From the IMG/VR virus record IMGVR_UViG_3300021401_000004, positions 1 through 64,000 of that record: a DNA stretch of 64,000 nt, one strand, 5' to 3'. Source of the stretch: a virus. Made by a program: the position numbers and the translations under genes. This document shows, piece after piece, positions 1-10,751 of this stretch (position 1 is the stretch's first letter; each line of letters opens with the position of its first letter). The notes under the pieces are model-generated. The model saw nothing but the letters and a program-made list of their open reading frames with translations, ran no database searches and was not told where the DNA came from.

Positions 1-269
1 ACTGCAAGTTCGCCGACTGCAAGTCCGCCGACTGCAAGTTCGCCGACTGCAAGTCCGCCGACCGCAAGTTCGCCGACTGCAAGTTCGCCGACTGCAAGTT
101 CGCCGACTGCAAGTTCGCCGACTGCAAGTCCGCCGACCGCAAGTCCGCCGACCGCAAGTTCGCCGACCGCAAGTTCGCCGACTGCAAGTCCGCCGACCGC
201 AAGTTCGCCGACTGCAAGTTCGCCGACTGCAAGTCCGCCGACCGCAAGTCCGCCGACTGCAAGTTCGCC
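1..269. repeat. 15-bp tandem repeat, about 18 units
   Basis: AC(T/C)GCAAGT(T/C)CGCCG units encode the pentapeptide repeat on the minus strand. Confidence 0.95.
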
Positions 270-367
270 CCAGTTTTGACTGCCGCAGTTACGGACGCCC
301 GCAAATCTACGGAATCCGAACTGAAAATAACCTCGGCGGTCCAACGATTTTTTATTTCAAACTTCAT
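1..367 (-). CDS. Pentapeptide-repeat protein (3'-partial)
   Basis: ATG at 367 preceded by GAGGAG; reads MKFEIKNRWTAEVIFSSDSVDLRASVTAAVKTG then A(N/D)L(Q/R)S repeats running off the window. Not in the ORF track. Confidence 0.9.
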   Translation of the reverse strand, partial: MKFEIKNRWTAEVIFSSDSVDLRASVTAAVKTGANLQSADLRSADLQSANLQSANLRSADLQSANLRSANLRSADLRSADLQSANLQSANLQSANLQSANLRSADLQSANLQSADLQSANLQ

Positions 368-519
368 GTTATCTCCTCTGATGTCTACGGGCAGGTTTAT
401 GAATCGTGTACGTTTTCCGAACCGATTTTCGGGCAACCGAATGACGACGGATGCCCGAAGCAAACCCAAGGTTAACCAGCATGACTAGCGTGAGAAGGAG
501 CAGGATCGTTTTACGCATG

Positions 520-843
520 TTATCCTCGTGCAGGAATATAGAATTCCCTATTGTCCATCCGAACACTGACGGTTAATGCACCGTAAACGATAGGCGCAAT
601 TGCTTCCATCTTGGCGTCAATCCGATTACGCTTGGCAATAGCCTTTTGTGTTCGGGCGAAGTCCCAATTGCCCGCATGATCCTTGTAGCCGTTGGTTAGC
701 TCGGCCTCAATCCGAACGTGAGTGGCAGCGTATCGCATGAGTTTTAGAGCGGCATTCCGAAGACTGCCGTACTTCTCTTCCAACGATAACGGTGCATACT
801 TCATGAAAAAGTGTACGAATTCGTTTCGGTCTCTCTGTGACAT
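520..843 (-). CDS. Hypothetical protein
   Basis: 107-aa ORF with GGAGG RBS upstream. Confidence 0.7.
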   Translation of the reverse strand: MSQRDRNEFVHFFMKYAPLSLEEKYGSLRNAALKLMRYAATHVRIEAELTNGYKDHAGNWDFARTQKAIAKRNRIDAKMEAIAPIVYGALTVSVRMDNREFYIPARG

Positions 844-1346
844 ATTTTCCTCCGTTTAAAGGTCTGGTCCGATCGTTTCGGGCTATCGCCCGTAATCCGT
901 TTTCTGTACTGGTAGTTGCAAACCGAGTTCCAAACCCTCGGGCAAGTAAAATCAATAACTTACGGGCGACCTATTGTACATTTTCCGTACAATGACAGAA
1001 ATTGTTATCGCTTTCTGACAGGCCCGAATAACCAATCCAAGCCCGCAAGCAAAGCCCAGCCCGCAAAGCAGATTAAACTCCAGTCTTCGAGCCAATACCA
1101 GAAGCTTAGGATTTTCTCCGTCATCGGCTCGCCTCGGTCTTAAGTTCGGCTGCCCGCATTAAAACCCAGGATTGATTCTCGGGCGACAGTTGCCCGAAAT
1201 TCTCTGCTGGTTTCGTATACGCGGGCTGCCTGAAATTGAATTCGCGGAGCGCATCTTGCACGTAAACCGCGTCATTTGTAACCCAAGACATTGACATAAA
1301 GCCTCCGAGTCTCAGCGGACAAGTAACACGAGTAACATTCTGGCGA

Positions 1347-1757
1347 TTACTTGCCACAGCTAACGATAATCTGCCCGAATTCATCCACGGGCCTAATCGT
1401 AGCATCTCCGCCGTTCAAACATGTTACACGGGCTTCGCCGATATCCGTTTTCCGTATCTGATAGACAGTCGGATCGGGCATCCCGTTTCGCTCTGCTTCT
1501 ATTTGGTCAAAAGCGTCCGGCTTAGTTAATACTGGTGTATCTTCGGCCAGCGGCATGCCGATGGTTTCGTGTCCTTGGGCGTCTCTTGTAATCGGGCGAG
1601 CGCCCGCTGGGATGATACGTATCGCCCGAATAATCGAGTTTGACCATTCCAAATACGCCTCGGTTCGCCCGAGTTCATATTGGAGTTTTCGGTATTGCCC
1701 GAACCATATCAAATTTGATATAGCCAATGCCGCTAGAAGCGCCAATTTTGTCTTCAT
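1347..1757 (-). CDS. Hypothetical protein with N-terminal hydrophobic segment
   Basis: GGAGGAG RBS; MKTKLALLAALAISNLIWF. Confidence 0.7.
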   Translation of the reverse strand: MKTKLALLAALAISNLIWFGQYRKLQYELGRTEAYLEWSNSIIRAIRIIPAGARPITRDAQGHETIGMPLAEDTPVLTKPDAFDQIEAERNGMPDPTVYQIRKTDIGEARVTCLNGGDATIRPVDEFGQIIVSCGK

Positions 1758-2566
1758 ATTCTCCTCCGTTTACCGACTAGATTCTATCATGCACTCGAAG
1801 CCCGCGAGCCAAATATTTTCAGCCCATGCGGGCGTTTCTGCCTGAAACTTGTCCAATCGCCCGAACCAAAATGCTAAGTCTTCGGGCTTGCTGTGGATCG
1901 TCCGTATTTTCGGGCGTAACAGAATCGCCCGTAATCCGAATGACCGAGTTAGTAAGTCTCTGGTTGGTTGATTCATTTTCCGTACTTGGTTTTCCCTTGC
2001 CACTTGTCAAAAGCGTAGTCAATTAGCTGATCAATGCGCCTATTGACCGCAAGCAAGATCACAACAAGAATCAGTAGCCAACAGCACATTTAGCGCATCT
2101 CCTCTGGGATATCGCCCGTAAAGTATGGAATCGCATATCCTTCGGGCAACATCGACTTGCCCGAATCCAAGATTATCACAAATGTCTCATTCTCCGCAAT
2201 TTCATTCTGCTCAATTGATCTCATGTTCGGCCTCTTTTCTGCCCTTGCGGGCTTACTCAGATTGTTGCAACCTGCTTGCCAAACTCAAAGCCTTTAGAAT
2301 CATACGGGCGATTGTCCATTTTCCGTATTCTGCCCGAAAATGGCATCTGAACGACAATTTCTGTCATTTCCATACGTATCGGGCGAGCACGGCATAGACT
2401 CGAATCACGATACAAGCCAAGCTCGCAGCAACGTATTCGAGCGTGGATTCGTAACGTTTTCCCATACTTACGGACTATAAGTCGTTTTCCGTACTGAGTC
2501 AAGAAAATAATTGTTGACTTTGGTCGCCCGCATGCAATATGATTAGCGAGTACGGAGAACAAACAA

Positions 2567-2728
2567 ATGCATCTCAGTTACGGAATGTTCCTGATTCTAT
2601 GCTTCCTGATCGTTGCTTGCGGGCATCGGACGCCCGAAAAGAAGGGCATCCTGGACGGAATCGACACGTCCGAGCCCACGATCAAAGACTTTGGGGAATG
2701 GCTGAGGAATTACGGAGGAACGAAATGA
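2567..2728 (+). CDS. Small lipoprotein-like protein
   Basis: GGAG RBS; MHLSYGMFLILCFLIVAC; stop overlaps the next start (ATGA). Confidence 0.5.
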   Translation: MHLSYGMFLILCFLIVACGHRTPEKKGILDGIDTSEPTIKDFGEWLRNYGGTK

Positions 2729-2961
2729 GAACAGTCAGCTTGCTTCTGTTGTGTGGATTGTTAGCGGGCTGCGAACGCCCGCACCAATACCAGATTGAGC
2801 GAGTGAAAGACGTGAACGACAACGAGGTTTTCTTGCGGATTGACAAGACTACGGGTGATGAGTGTGCGATAGGCAAAGGGTTTGCAATCGTGCGACACGG
2901 AGAGTTTGGCCCGTACACCGTGCCATTTTGCAATGAGCAACCCGCAACCAAAACCGAATAG
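2725..2961 (+). CDS. Small lipoprotein
   Basis: GGAGG RBS; MRTVSLLLLCGLLAGC lipobox. Confidence 0.65.
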   Translation: MRTVSLLLLCGLLAGCERPHQYQIERVKDVNDNEVFLRIDKTTGDECAIGKGFAIVRHGEFGPYTVPFCNEQPATKTE

Positions 2962-2999
2962 ATTGCCCGTAAGTAATTGATTTTGTTTTGTTTCCGCAA

Positions 3000-3032
3000 G
3001 CCCGCAGATTCACTAGGTCTGCGGGCATTTTT
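3000..3032 (+). terminator. Rho-independent terminator
   Basis: GCCCGCAGA/TCTGCGGGC stem followed by ATTTTT. Confidence 0.7.
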
Positions 3033-4303
3033 CCCGTTGTACGGAAAGAGGATTATGCCCGAACCAAACCCGAAAGACTATCCAATACTTACGCCCGCAG
3101 ACTGGTATCTGCTGGTAAACCGAGTCCGAGACCTGTGCGAGCAATCGGGATGGAAGAACGTGTCCGAGGCTTTGCAATACGTGGTTAGACAGAAGCAACT
3201 TGCCCGTAATCAATAGGTTAGACAGTTCATTTTCCGTATAAGATTGGACGCCCGAATGCAACATGAGCGATGTGAAGAATACACGATGTCAGGCTTTATG
3301 GTAATCGAGCGGGAAGCATACTGCGAGCGATGCCAGCGAACCACGGATCACCAAGGCGAGTTTGGGCCTTGCATTCGCTGCCTGCGCCGGAGGAATACGG
3401 TAAATGGGATAGATTGACGCCCGTAAACAACACAGAGGCAGAAGAAAGATTATCTATGTTCGTGCAGTGTGGATCATACGCAGACAGAGAGCACAGACGA
3501 ATGCGGCTAGCGGGCTTGCAGTTCGAGCAGGTTAAGGGCATGATCCTGGTTTGGCATCCGTATGCCCGCTGGGATGCGCGAGGCGTGCTCGGAAGGCGCA
3601 TAAACCGAAACGAACCCTTCTGTGAGCGATTGTACTAAAACTTGCCCGCGATATCAGGAAAAGCCAGAAGAAATACGGAAAATGGACAACAGGTCACCCG
3701 TAAATGAGTACATGACAGCGAAAGATAAGGAGATAATAACCAAATGGCTAGACGCGCAAGATGATCCCTTTGGATGCTTGCAGCGAGCTAGAGGCGTTTG
3801 CAATATCGAATACCTAGTTTGGTTCGTTCTGAGGCAAGGCCCAACACTTGCCCGCTAAAGACTGATTACCAAAGTAATACTGTATGGCACACAGTAACCA
3901 CGCTCGATTTCAATTTCCCACTTGACCCCATTAGCAGCCACGATCTCCCACCAGAAATTTCTGTTGAGTTTTCTACTCAACAACAAATTCCAACGAATCC
4001 GCTAACCCAATTAGAATGAAGCGAATGCAAGCCCGATGCGTCAGAGTACACCCCGAGATGCGCCTGGATCGGGGAGACAGTTCGGTTGTGTACCACTTTA
4101 GGGTCCCTTGGGTAAAAGGATTGTTATCTTGGAGATGCCACCGGGCGCTCTACCCCACCACCCCGGTCTGCGGCGAGCCTAGGCTTGGGTAGCAAGACAT
4201 TGATTCCGTTAGTCTAAGTCCCGTTTTCCCGTGGTTTCTTAAATGCGCTTATCTGGCGCTTAACGGTCAAAAAGGGTGTCTTAGCGGCGCAAGGGGGCGG
4301 GGC

Positions 4304-4332
4304 TTGACAAATTACTAAGGTTCCTGCATAAT
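4304..4332 (+). promoter_or_regulatory. sigma70-type promoter
   Basis: TTGACA-17-CATAAT; GTG at 4340 would be leaderless. Confidence 0.7.
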
Positions 4333-4339
4333 GATTCTC

Positions 4340-4717
4340 GTGGGCAGGAAAAAGTCCCTATCGGAGCGTCAGGCGGAGATGCGCCTTCGACCGCCTGGAA
4401 GGAACAAGCAGCATAGGCAGACTAAGACCCCGACCTACGTGTCGTGGTGGCATATGATTGCTAGGTGCCGCTCAAATACTTCGGACGGGTATAAGCATTA
4501 CGGGGCAAAGGGTGTCAAAATAGTTCCGAGATGGGGTGACTTTCGTAACTTCCTTGCCGACATGGGGGAGCGCCCGAGCGGTACAACCTTGGGGCGAATT
4601 CTAGACAGAGGGAACTACGGACCTCGGAACTGTTTCTGGATGACAAAGCCTGAACAGGGGCTTCATCAGAGGAACAACAATTCTTTACGAAGATGGAAAG
4701 CTGGGAGCAAGAACTAA
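4340..4717 (+). CDS. HNH-type homing endonuclease-like protein
   Basis: TPTYVSWWHMIARC...HYGAKGVK...FRNFLADMGERP..TTLGRI...GNYGPRNCFW; the usual DRID is altered to GRIL. Confidence 0.75.
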   Translation: MGRKKSLSERQAEMRLRPPGRNKQHRQTKTPTYVSWWHMIARCRSNTSDGYKHYGAKGVKIVPRWGDFRNFLADMGERPSGTTLGRILDRGNYGPRNCFWMTKPEQGLHQRNNNSLRRWKAGSKN

Positions 4718-4736
4718 TACGGAAAACGGACAAACG

Positions 4737-5483
4737 ATGACAGACAAGAAGCTGTACACGCCGCGACAGAGATTCGAGATTGCTTTGCGCTCTGCGAAGT
4801 TCACGCGCGGGGAGTTCCCGATTCCAATTGGATTGCCGACTGAAATCTACCCTCAGATCATGGCTATATTTGACTTAAATGTCCCTGAGCGAGTGTTGGC
4901 GGAGGCGCGGGAGGGCTCACTGCCCCAACGTTACGACTTGCACTATGGCGAGGCTTGCGACCAGACAGACGAAAACGGATGCTCTGCCGAGATGGAAGAG
5001 TCCGCAACGGGAGAGTGGGTAAAATTCTCTGACGTTGTAGCGGAGGGCTCACTACCGCCAGAAATGTCGCGCTGTCCTCACTGCAACAGCCCTGCCCGTC
5101 GAATCGAATGGTGCGAAGGCTACCGTTCGCCCCACGTCTGCCCGACCGACCATATCAGCCATCAGCGACCAGATTTATTCTGCAATCTGTGCGGTGGATT
5201 GTTGGTTGAGGTCGATGGCAGCGACGATACAGTTTGCGCTAATGCCAGAGCACATGGGGAGGGCTCACTGCGGCCACCCCTCCAGGCCGATACGCTATTC
5301 GGAATATTCTGCAATGGCCAGCCTGAGACAATTCCTTCGCAACCGGGACTCTGGTGGGGCGGTTGGCAGAGACTTGCGGACTGGCTGAATCAGGGCTCAC
5401 TGCGGACGCCCGAAAGTAGAGAATCGCTGCGAAAACGATTTGAGGATACAGCGGCTTCGCCCAGCGCGGAGCCAAAGGACTAA
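4737..5483 (+). CDS. Mosaic hypothetical protein with repeated (E/Q)GSL linkers
   Basis: 248-aa ORF with CxxC motifs and four AGGGCTCACT copies. Confidence 0.7.
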   Translation: MTDKKLYTPRQRFEIALRSAKFTRGEFPIPIGLPTEIYPQIMAIFDLNVPERVLAEAREGSLPQRYDLHYGEACDQTDENGCSAEMEESATGEWVKFSDVVAEGSLPPEMSRCPHCNSPARRIEWCEGYRSPHVCPTDHISHQRPDLFCNLCGGLLVEVDGSDDTVCANARAHGEGSLRPPLQADTLFGIFCNGQPETIPSQPGLWWGGWQRLADWLNQGSLRTPESRESLRKRFEDTAASPSAEPKD

Positions 5484-5583
5484 TACGGATAATGGACAAG
5501 TGTCCCACATGCGATTCGGGCGATAAGGCGATCCGGAAGCTCGCGCCCGACGAAACCTGCTGTGAGTATGGGGGCGGGGGGGG

Positions 5584-5665
<82 letters not shown>

Positions 5666-5712
5666 CCGTGCAAGGACAAGTGGCATAGTGCGGAAAATGA
5701 ACAGGAGGGGTA

Positions 5713-6015
5713 ATGGGCGGGTATAATCCGAGCGGACCAATTCCAGTAGACGAGCCTAGAAACCCGTACAAGAAATGGTATGTAATATTTACGCCCTTTT
5801 TTGATCTGACGCGGGGAAAGTCATCTCTGGTCGCCATGCTAGATTCGGATAAGGAACGCTGCACGTGGCTAAATTCTGAAGATGCAGATACATACGTCCG
5901 ATACTTCCGCAAGAAGGTGCCTGATGGAGTGGGCGACACAATCTTCGATAAAGTACAGATTGCGAATCGTCCGGGCAGATACTTTATCTGTGCCCGACAA
6001 CCCAAGGAGGGGTAA
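5713..6015 (+). CDS. Hypothetical protein
   Basis: AGGAGG RBS; TAATG coupling. Confidence 0.7.
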   Translation: MGGYNPSGPIPVDEPRNPYKKWYVIFTPFFDLTRGKSSLVAMLDSDKERCTWLNSEDADTYVRYFRKKVPDGVGDTIFDKVQIANRPGRYFICARQPKEG

Positions 6016-6227
6016 TGCCAAACGCTTTTGACGGGGATATCTACACGTCGCCCGTGGAAAAACCTATGACCGTTGACGAACTGTTGGCAAAGCTGGACGC
6101 CGAATACGACAGGTGGAGCGATCCCGAATACAAAGGATTCACGTTCATATGGATGCAGGATATTCGGGTTTTGCAGGCGGGCATCCGGAGTTACGTCAAA
6201 AAGTTCGAAGAAAGGGTAACTCCATGA
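6015..6227 (+). CDS. Hypothetical protein
   Basis: AGGAGG RBS; TAATG coupling. Confidence 0.7.
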   Translation: MPNAFDGDIYTSPVEKPMTVDELLAKLDAEYDRWSDPEYKGFTFIWMQDIRVLQAGIRSYVKKFEERVTP

Positions 6228-7516
6228 AACTTTGGGCAGTTAGTTACGGGCCCGCGTGGGAGGGGAACGAGATCGATTCCATCTGGACGGATAAAGAGAC
6301 CGCCGAGGCCCGCCAGAGATTCCTGAAGGAAGAATATCCTCCCGAACACTACTGTCATTATCTTGAAGAATATGATATTAACAAACCACAAGGGAAGGTA
6401 ACTCCATGAAAATACTAGATTTTATCGGCAATGAACTCACTACGGGCGATGCTATATCCCTGAAGCCCGACCACATCATCGGTGTAATCCAGAAAATAGA
6501 CGACGGATCAATTGCCCGTGGAATCACTCTCGACGGCAAGCCTTCGGGCGAAGTCCTCCCGCCGCACATCGTAATCTGAGGAACGAACAGTGAAGTTCCG
6601 GCCACAACGCGGCGGCTTAGCGGAGTCAATGGCCGAAGTTGTAGACCTTCCAAACCGTCAAGCGCTATTAAACCATCTGGCGGGCGTAGGACTGTTGGAG
6701 GGCGGGAACCACTCGGTCAATATTCGCCCGTACTGCTACGACGACCGTACTGGCTGGAAGACTTACATTGTGGCAGTTGACGGGCAAGCTGTAGGATTTA
6801 CAGACGGACCTTGTACGGAAAACGGATAGTCAGAACCTATAATCAACAACTTACAGACAAAGAATCATGTATGTACGAGGTAGTGTGCCCGATCAACCAT
6901 CTAAGGAAGAGAAAGAGTTCTGGGATAACGTCCTGCACGACCACGGTTTGGGTATGAATCGCGGACGGCGAAAGTGGCTCATCTACGGGCACGAAGATCG
7001 GGAGAAAGACACTTCTGGAGATTTGCCCGAGGAATCCGAATAATGGTAACGTACGAAGAGACGTACCTGAGTTTCGTTAAGTATCGGGCGATGATCGGAC
7101 TACCGCCGATTACCTTCGAAGACTGGATGCACAAGCGGGAAGAACCCGTCCAGTCGCCCGGAAGGAAAACGAAAGAGTTCTTGGAACAAGTTCACGCAGG
7201 GTGAGAGCGGTTTGACTCCTGAAAATAAGTAAGGTCTCAAGTATTAGTTGAATGCTCACCAATCGCCCGAATCACGGGCCAGTAGGGGGTCTTGTGGGCT
7301 AACAGCCCCGGCCTGAAAAGGTGCAGACCCCCGAAAGTTTAGAGTTTTGTACCAAGGTCTTGCAAGCGTCTCCGGCCTAGATGTTAGCGATGGCATGGCT
7401 GGTGTGGCCCGCACCTATTGAGGCTGCTTTGGCAGCCAGGGCAAATTTTAATCAGTCGAACAGCGGGCCGGATATCCGGGCGACTTTAATGATGCGCTGG
7501 ACAATGAAGGACGCCC

Positions 7517-8182
7517 GTGAAGAAGTTTGTTCTGCTGCTCGTAGTTCTCGGTTTATCATTGCCCGCGTTCGCGATCTCGCCCGCAATCATTAAGGCGCAT
7601 AAGGCAAGTTATCAGATCGGGCAAATGACGGTTTCGGACGGTGCCCGATGCTCCGCCACGGCAATTGGACCGCACGCGCTGCTCACGGCTACGCACTGCG
7701 AGCTTCCCAGCGATGATTTGTACATTAGGGGCGAAGAGAACCCCGTTGCTATCGTCGCCCGCATAAGGGACGGCCAGGATCATTCGATCCTGCTCCTGAA
7801 GGGTGTGACGTTCGCGGACTACGTTGAAGTAGACCAGAAGTCTTTGCAGGTTACGGACGATGTTTTTACCATCGGGAATCCGGGTGACTGGACGGATATT
7901 TACCAGAAGGGATACGTTGCGGGACTCAAGGTTGATCGATCAATGGCCGCCGCGATGGGAGAAGGCGAGCCCGATAAAATCCTGATTGATATCCAAGCGT
8001 TTCCGGGCGAGTCCGGCGCGGGTATCTTCAATACTTCTGGGGTTCTTGTCGCGGTCCTTTCGGGCGATCAGATGCAAACCCGAGAGGGCGTGAGCATGGA
8101 TTTAGGATTCGCGTACTTTCTGAACTTCAAGCCCGAAGACATTGCCCGAGCTAAAGCGTTCTCAGCCGAGGTAAAGAAATGA
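7517..8182 (+). CDS. Trypsin-like serine protease with signal peptide
   Basis: LLTATHC (His), DH (Asp), PGESGAG (Ser) triad motifs; hydrophobic N-terminus ending AFA. Confidence 0.85.
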   Translation: MKKFVLLLVVLGLSLPAFAISPAIIKAHKASYQIGQMTVSDGARCSATAIGPHALLTATHCELPSDDLYIRGEENPVAIVARIRDGQDHSILLLKGVTFADYVEVDQKSLQVTDDVFTIGNPGDWTDIYQKGYVAGLKVDRSMAAAMGEGEPDKILIDIQAFPGESGAGIFNTSGVLVAVLSGDQMQTREGVSMDLGFAYFLNFKPEDIARAKAFSAEVKK

Positions 8183-8317
8183 CCAAGCTTGCGGGATGGA
8201 TTCTGGCAGTCTATGTTTTAGCGGTTACGGGCGTCGCAGCTTACGAATACGCGGTTATCGAACGTCTGCAATGGGTGATTCATATTTTGCTGGCGGGCTC
8301 GCAGAACTAAAAAATTT

Positions 8318-8719
8318 ATGAACGAAAAAGATACTATTCTGAAAGACGGGCAAGAAGCGCCTACTCCCTACCGAGGACCTCGGGCTTCGAACACCCTTGA
8401 AACACTTCGCCCGCGAGAAGTTAATACCGACTGGGCAGCGTCATGGAAGCCTGCGGACGCGATTTATCAAAGCCCTGTACAGGAAACGGACAGCCTCCCG
8501 TTGCAAGGTCGCGGTCTTCCGCCCGAGCAATACAACCTCTTGCCCGTAGATTGGCCGACAGTCCAAGAAACTCTCGGGCTTCCGAAAGAGTTCGTCGAGC
8601 TTTCTCTGACCCAGCGGGTAGAATATTTGGAAGGCGAAGTCCTGCGTCTGCAAGAACAGATGGACGGGTTGCTCGATAGGATTGCTATCCACAACACGAA
8701 AAGCAGCCATAAAATCTAG
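8318..8719 (+). CDS. Hypothetical protein with coiled-coil C-terminus
   Basis: 133-aa ORF abutting the GT11 gene. Confidence 0.6.
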   Translation: MNEKDTILKDGQEAPTPYRGPRASNTLETLRPREVNTDWAASWKPADAIYQSPVQETDSLPLQGRGLPPEQYNLLPVDWPTVQETLGLPKEFVELSLTQRVEYLEGEVLRLQEQMDGLLDRIAIHNTKSSHKI

Positions 8720-8721
8720 TC

Positions 8722-9564
8722 ATGGCCGTTACGATCCGGACAATGGGTGGTTTCGGAAATCAGGCTTTCATGTACGCCTTTTCGCTCGCCCTAAAAGCCC
8801 TCGGGAACGATGTATTTATCGAGCGGTCGTGGTTCGAGCATCAGCCCCAACGGGCTTGGGCGCTCGACAGGTTTAATACCGATTGCCAGTTCGGGCCGAT
8901 TCGCGGGCAATGTGTCCAAGAAGGCAATCTGCGGTTTCACCCGGAATTCCTTAAAAAGTACGAGCAGGATACGACGCTTATCGGCTACTGGCAGAACGAG
9001 AAGTACCTCGCGGGCGTCGAGGAACAAGTTAGAAAAGACCTAACGCTTCGGTACTACCCAAGCAACAAGTCTCTGGCAGTGGCGAATCAGATTCATAACA
9101 CGAATTCTGTGTTCCTGCACGTTCGGAGAACCGACAGCTTGTCCGCGAGCGGTCTGAAGAACCACGGAGTTTGCCCGCAGAGTTATTACCAGCGGGCAGC
9201 GAGTTACATTTCGACCCGAGTTAAAGACCCGCACTTCTTTATCTTCTCGGACGATATCGAGTGGTGCAAGCAGAATATTCAAGTCTTCGGGTATCCGGCG
9301 ACTTTTGTGGATCACAATTCTACGGGCGTAACCGAGTCGCTCGAACACGAAGTACGGAAAACGGATTCGGGCACCGAGCACGAGGACTTGTTTTTAATGT
9401 CCCGCTGCAAACACGCGATCACCGCGAACAGCTCGTTTAGCTGGTGGGGCGCGTGGCTTCAACAGAATCCCGAAAAAATTATTGTGTCCCCGAAACAGTG
9501 GTTTGTTCCCGGCAGTCCGCACGACGGATCGGAAATTGTGCCCGAAAGCTGGATGCGCCTGTGA
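8722..9564 (+). CDS. GT11 alpha-1,2-fucosyltransferase-family glycosyltransferase
   Basis: GGFGNQ, HVRRTD, FSDDIEWC, NSSFSWWGAWL. Confidence 0.92.
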   Translation: MAVTIRTMGGFGNQAFMYAFSLALKALGNDVFIERSWFEHQPQRAWALDRFNTDCQFGPIRGQCVQEGNLRFHPEFLKKYEQDTTLIGYWQNEKYLAGVEEQVRKDLTLRYYPSNKSLAVANQIHNTNSVFLHVRRTDSLSASGLKNHGVCPQSYYQRAASYISTRVKDPHFFIFSDDIEWCKQNIQVFGYPATFVDHNSTGVTESLEHEVRKTDSGTEHEDLFLMSRCKHAITANSSFSWWGAWLQQNPEKIIVSPKQWFVPGSPHDGSEIVPESWMRL

Positions 9565-10415
9565 GTTACCTAAGTTTTGTATACGCCTGCAACAATCGTG
9601 GATACGGCGGAGATTTCATAGGCCGGACGCAGGCGTGCATCGACAACCTATTTCAGCTGTCGGCTAAGATCGGGCTTGACGCGGACATTACGTTCGTAGA
9701 ATGGAATCCGCCCGCAGATACCCCGCGAGTTGCACATGTTTTGAATTGGCAGCGAAAGACACTGCCCGTAAAATTTATTGAGGTTCCAGAGACCGTCCAC
9801 AATCTGGTTCCTAACCCGAGACGCGAAGTCTTCTGGGAGATGTGGGCGAAGAACGTTGGGATCAGACGGGCTACGGGCGAGTACGTGTTGTCCGCGAATC
9901 CCGACAATATTTACAGCGAAGCTTTGCTCCTCCGGCTAAAGAATTTGGAGCCCGACGCTTTCTACCGTACAGACAGTTATGATGTCCGCGACGGGAAAGT
10001 ATTTCAGGTTCACCGGGCGTGCGAATCGCTCGTTAACGGAAAGCCTAACGGGCATCCTGGATTCGTAAAGCCCGACGCCAACGGGAAGTTTACGTACCCT
10101 CCGCCAATCGGTAGGAGTGAGCCCCTGCACTTCAACAAGTCGGGCGACTTCTTTCTGATGTCCCGAAAGAACTGGTTTGAGATGCGCGGGCACCCGGAAA
10201 CGGATTACACCGTTACTTCGGATGGCGAGACAGTATATTTGGCCGCCGCTCGCGGGTGGAAGCAGATTTACTTGCCCGAACCGACCTATCATTTGACGCA
10301 TTCGCATAACGAACGGTACTGCCCGTACTGGGATGATTCCAAACCACACGGAAAAGAGAACGGGGCGCGGTGGGGTTTTGCCGGGCACGAATTTTTCACG
10401 TACCAAATAAACTAA
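9561..10415 (+). CDS. GT-A fold (GT2-like) glycosyltransferase
   Basis: FVEWN, AKNVGIRRATGEYVL.NPD, GDFFLM; GTGA overlap with the upstream stop. Confidence 0.75.
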   Translation: MSYLSFVYACNNRGYGGDFIGRTQACIDNLFQLSAKIGLDADITFVEWNPPADTPRVAHVLNWQRKTLPVKFIEVPETVHNLVPNPRREVFWEMWAKNVGIRRATGEYVLSANPDNIYSEALLLRLKNLEPDAFYRTDSYDVRDGKVFQVHRACESLVNGKPNGHPGFVKPDANGKFTYPPPIGRSEPLHFNKSGDFFLMSRKNWFEMRGHPETDYTVTSDGETVYLAAARGWKQIYLPEPTYHLTHSHNERYCPYWDDSKPHGKENGARWGFAGHEFFTYQIN

Positions 10416-10426
10416 TAGGAGATAGA

Positions 10427-10747
10427 TTGGCAAACCAACTAACAACCGGAATTGCGGTCGTAGTTCTCACAGACGGGGTTTCCTCAACTTTTAGTTTTGA
10501 TCTTTTAAAAGATCAGTATTTTTTGTTCAGCAACGTTGATACGCCCGCTGAAGCAAAAGCTATAAATTGGTTCGCGAGCGATCCAAAGTGCAACGCCCCC
10601 ACTAGCGTCAACTCGTCGGCCATGTCCGTTCCCGGAGGCGGCGGTCTCACCTATACCGCTTCTCTGTCTGGAACCGTAGTTACCATTACGTTTAGCGCGG
10701 CCCCGCCTGTCAATGGGTACGGGCTGAACGTGTATCCGATCTACTAA
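10427..10747 (+). CDS. Small S/T-rich putative virion protein
   Basis: AGGAG RBS before TTG; VVTITFSAAP beta-rich pattern. Confidence 0.5.
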   Translation: MANQLTTGIAVVVLTDGVSSTFSFDLLKDQYFLFSNVDTPAEAKAINWFASDPKCNAPTSVNSSAMSVPGGGGLTYTASLSGTVVTITFSAAPPVNGYGLNVYPIY

Positions 10748-10751
10748 AGAA

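Noticed and set aside
1-269. Tandem repeat as a CRISPR array or iterons
   Set aside because: There are no spacers, and the 15-bp period is explained by a pentapeptide-repeat ORF with RBS.
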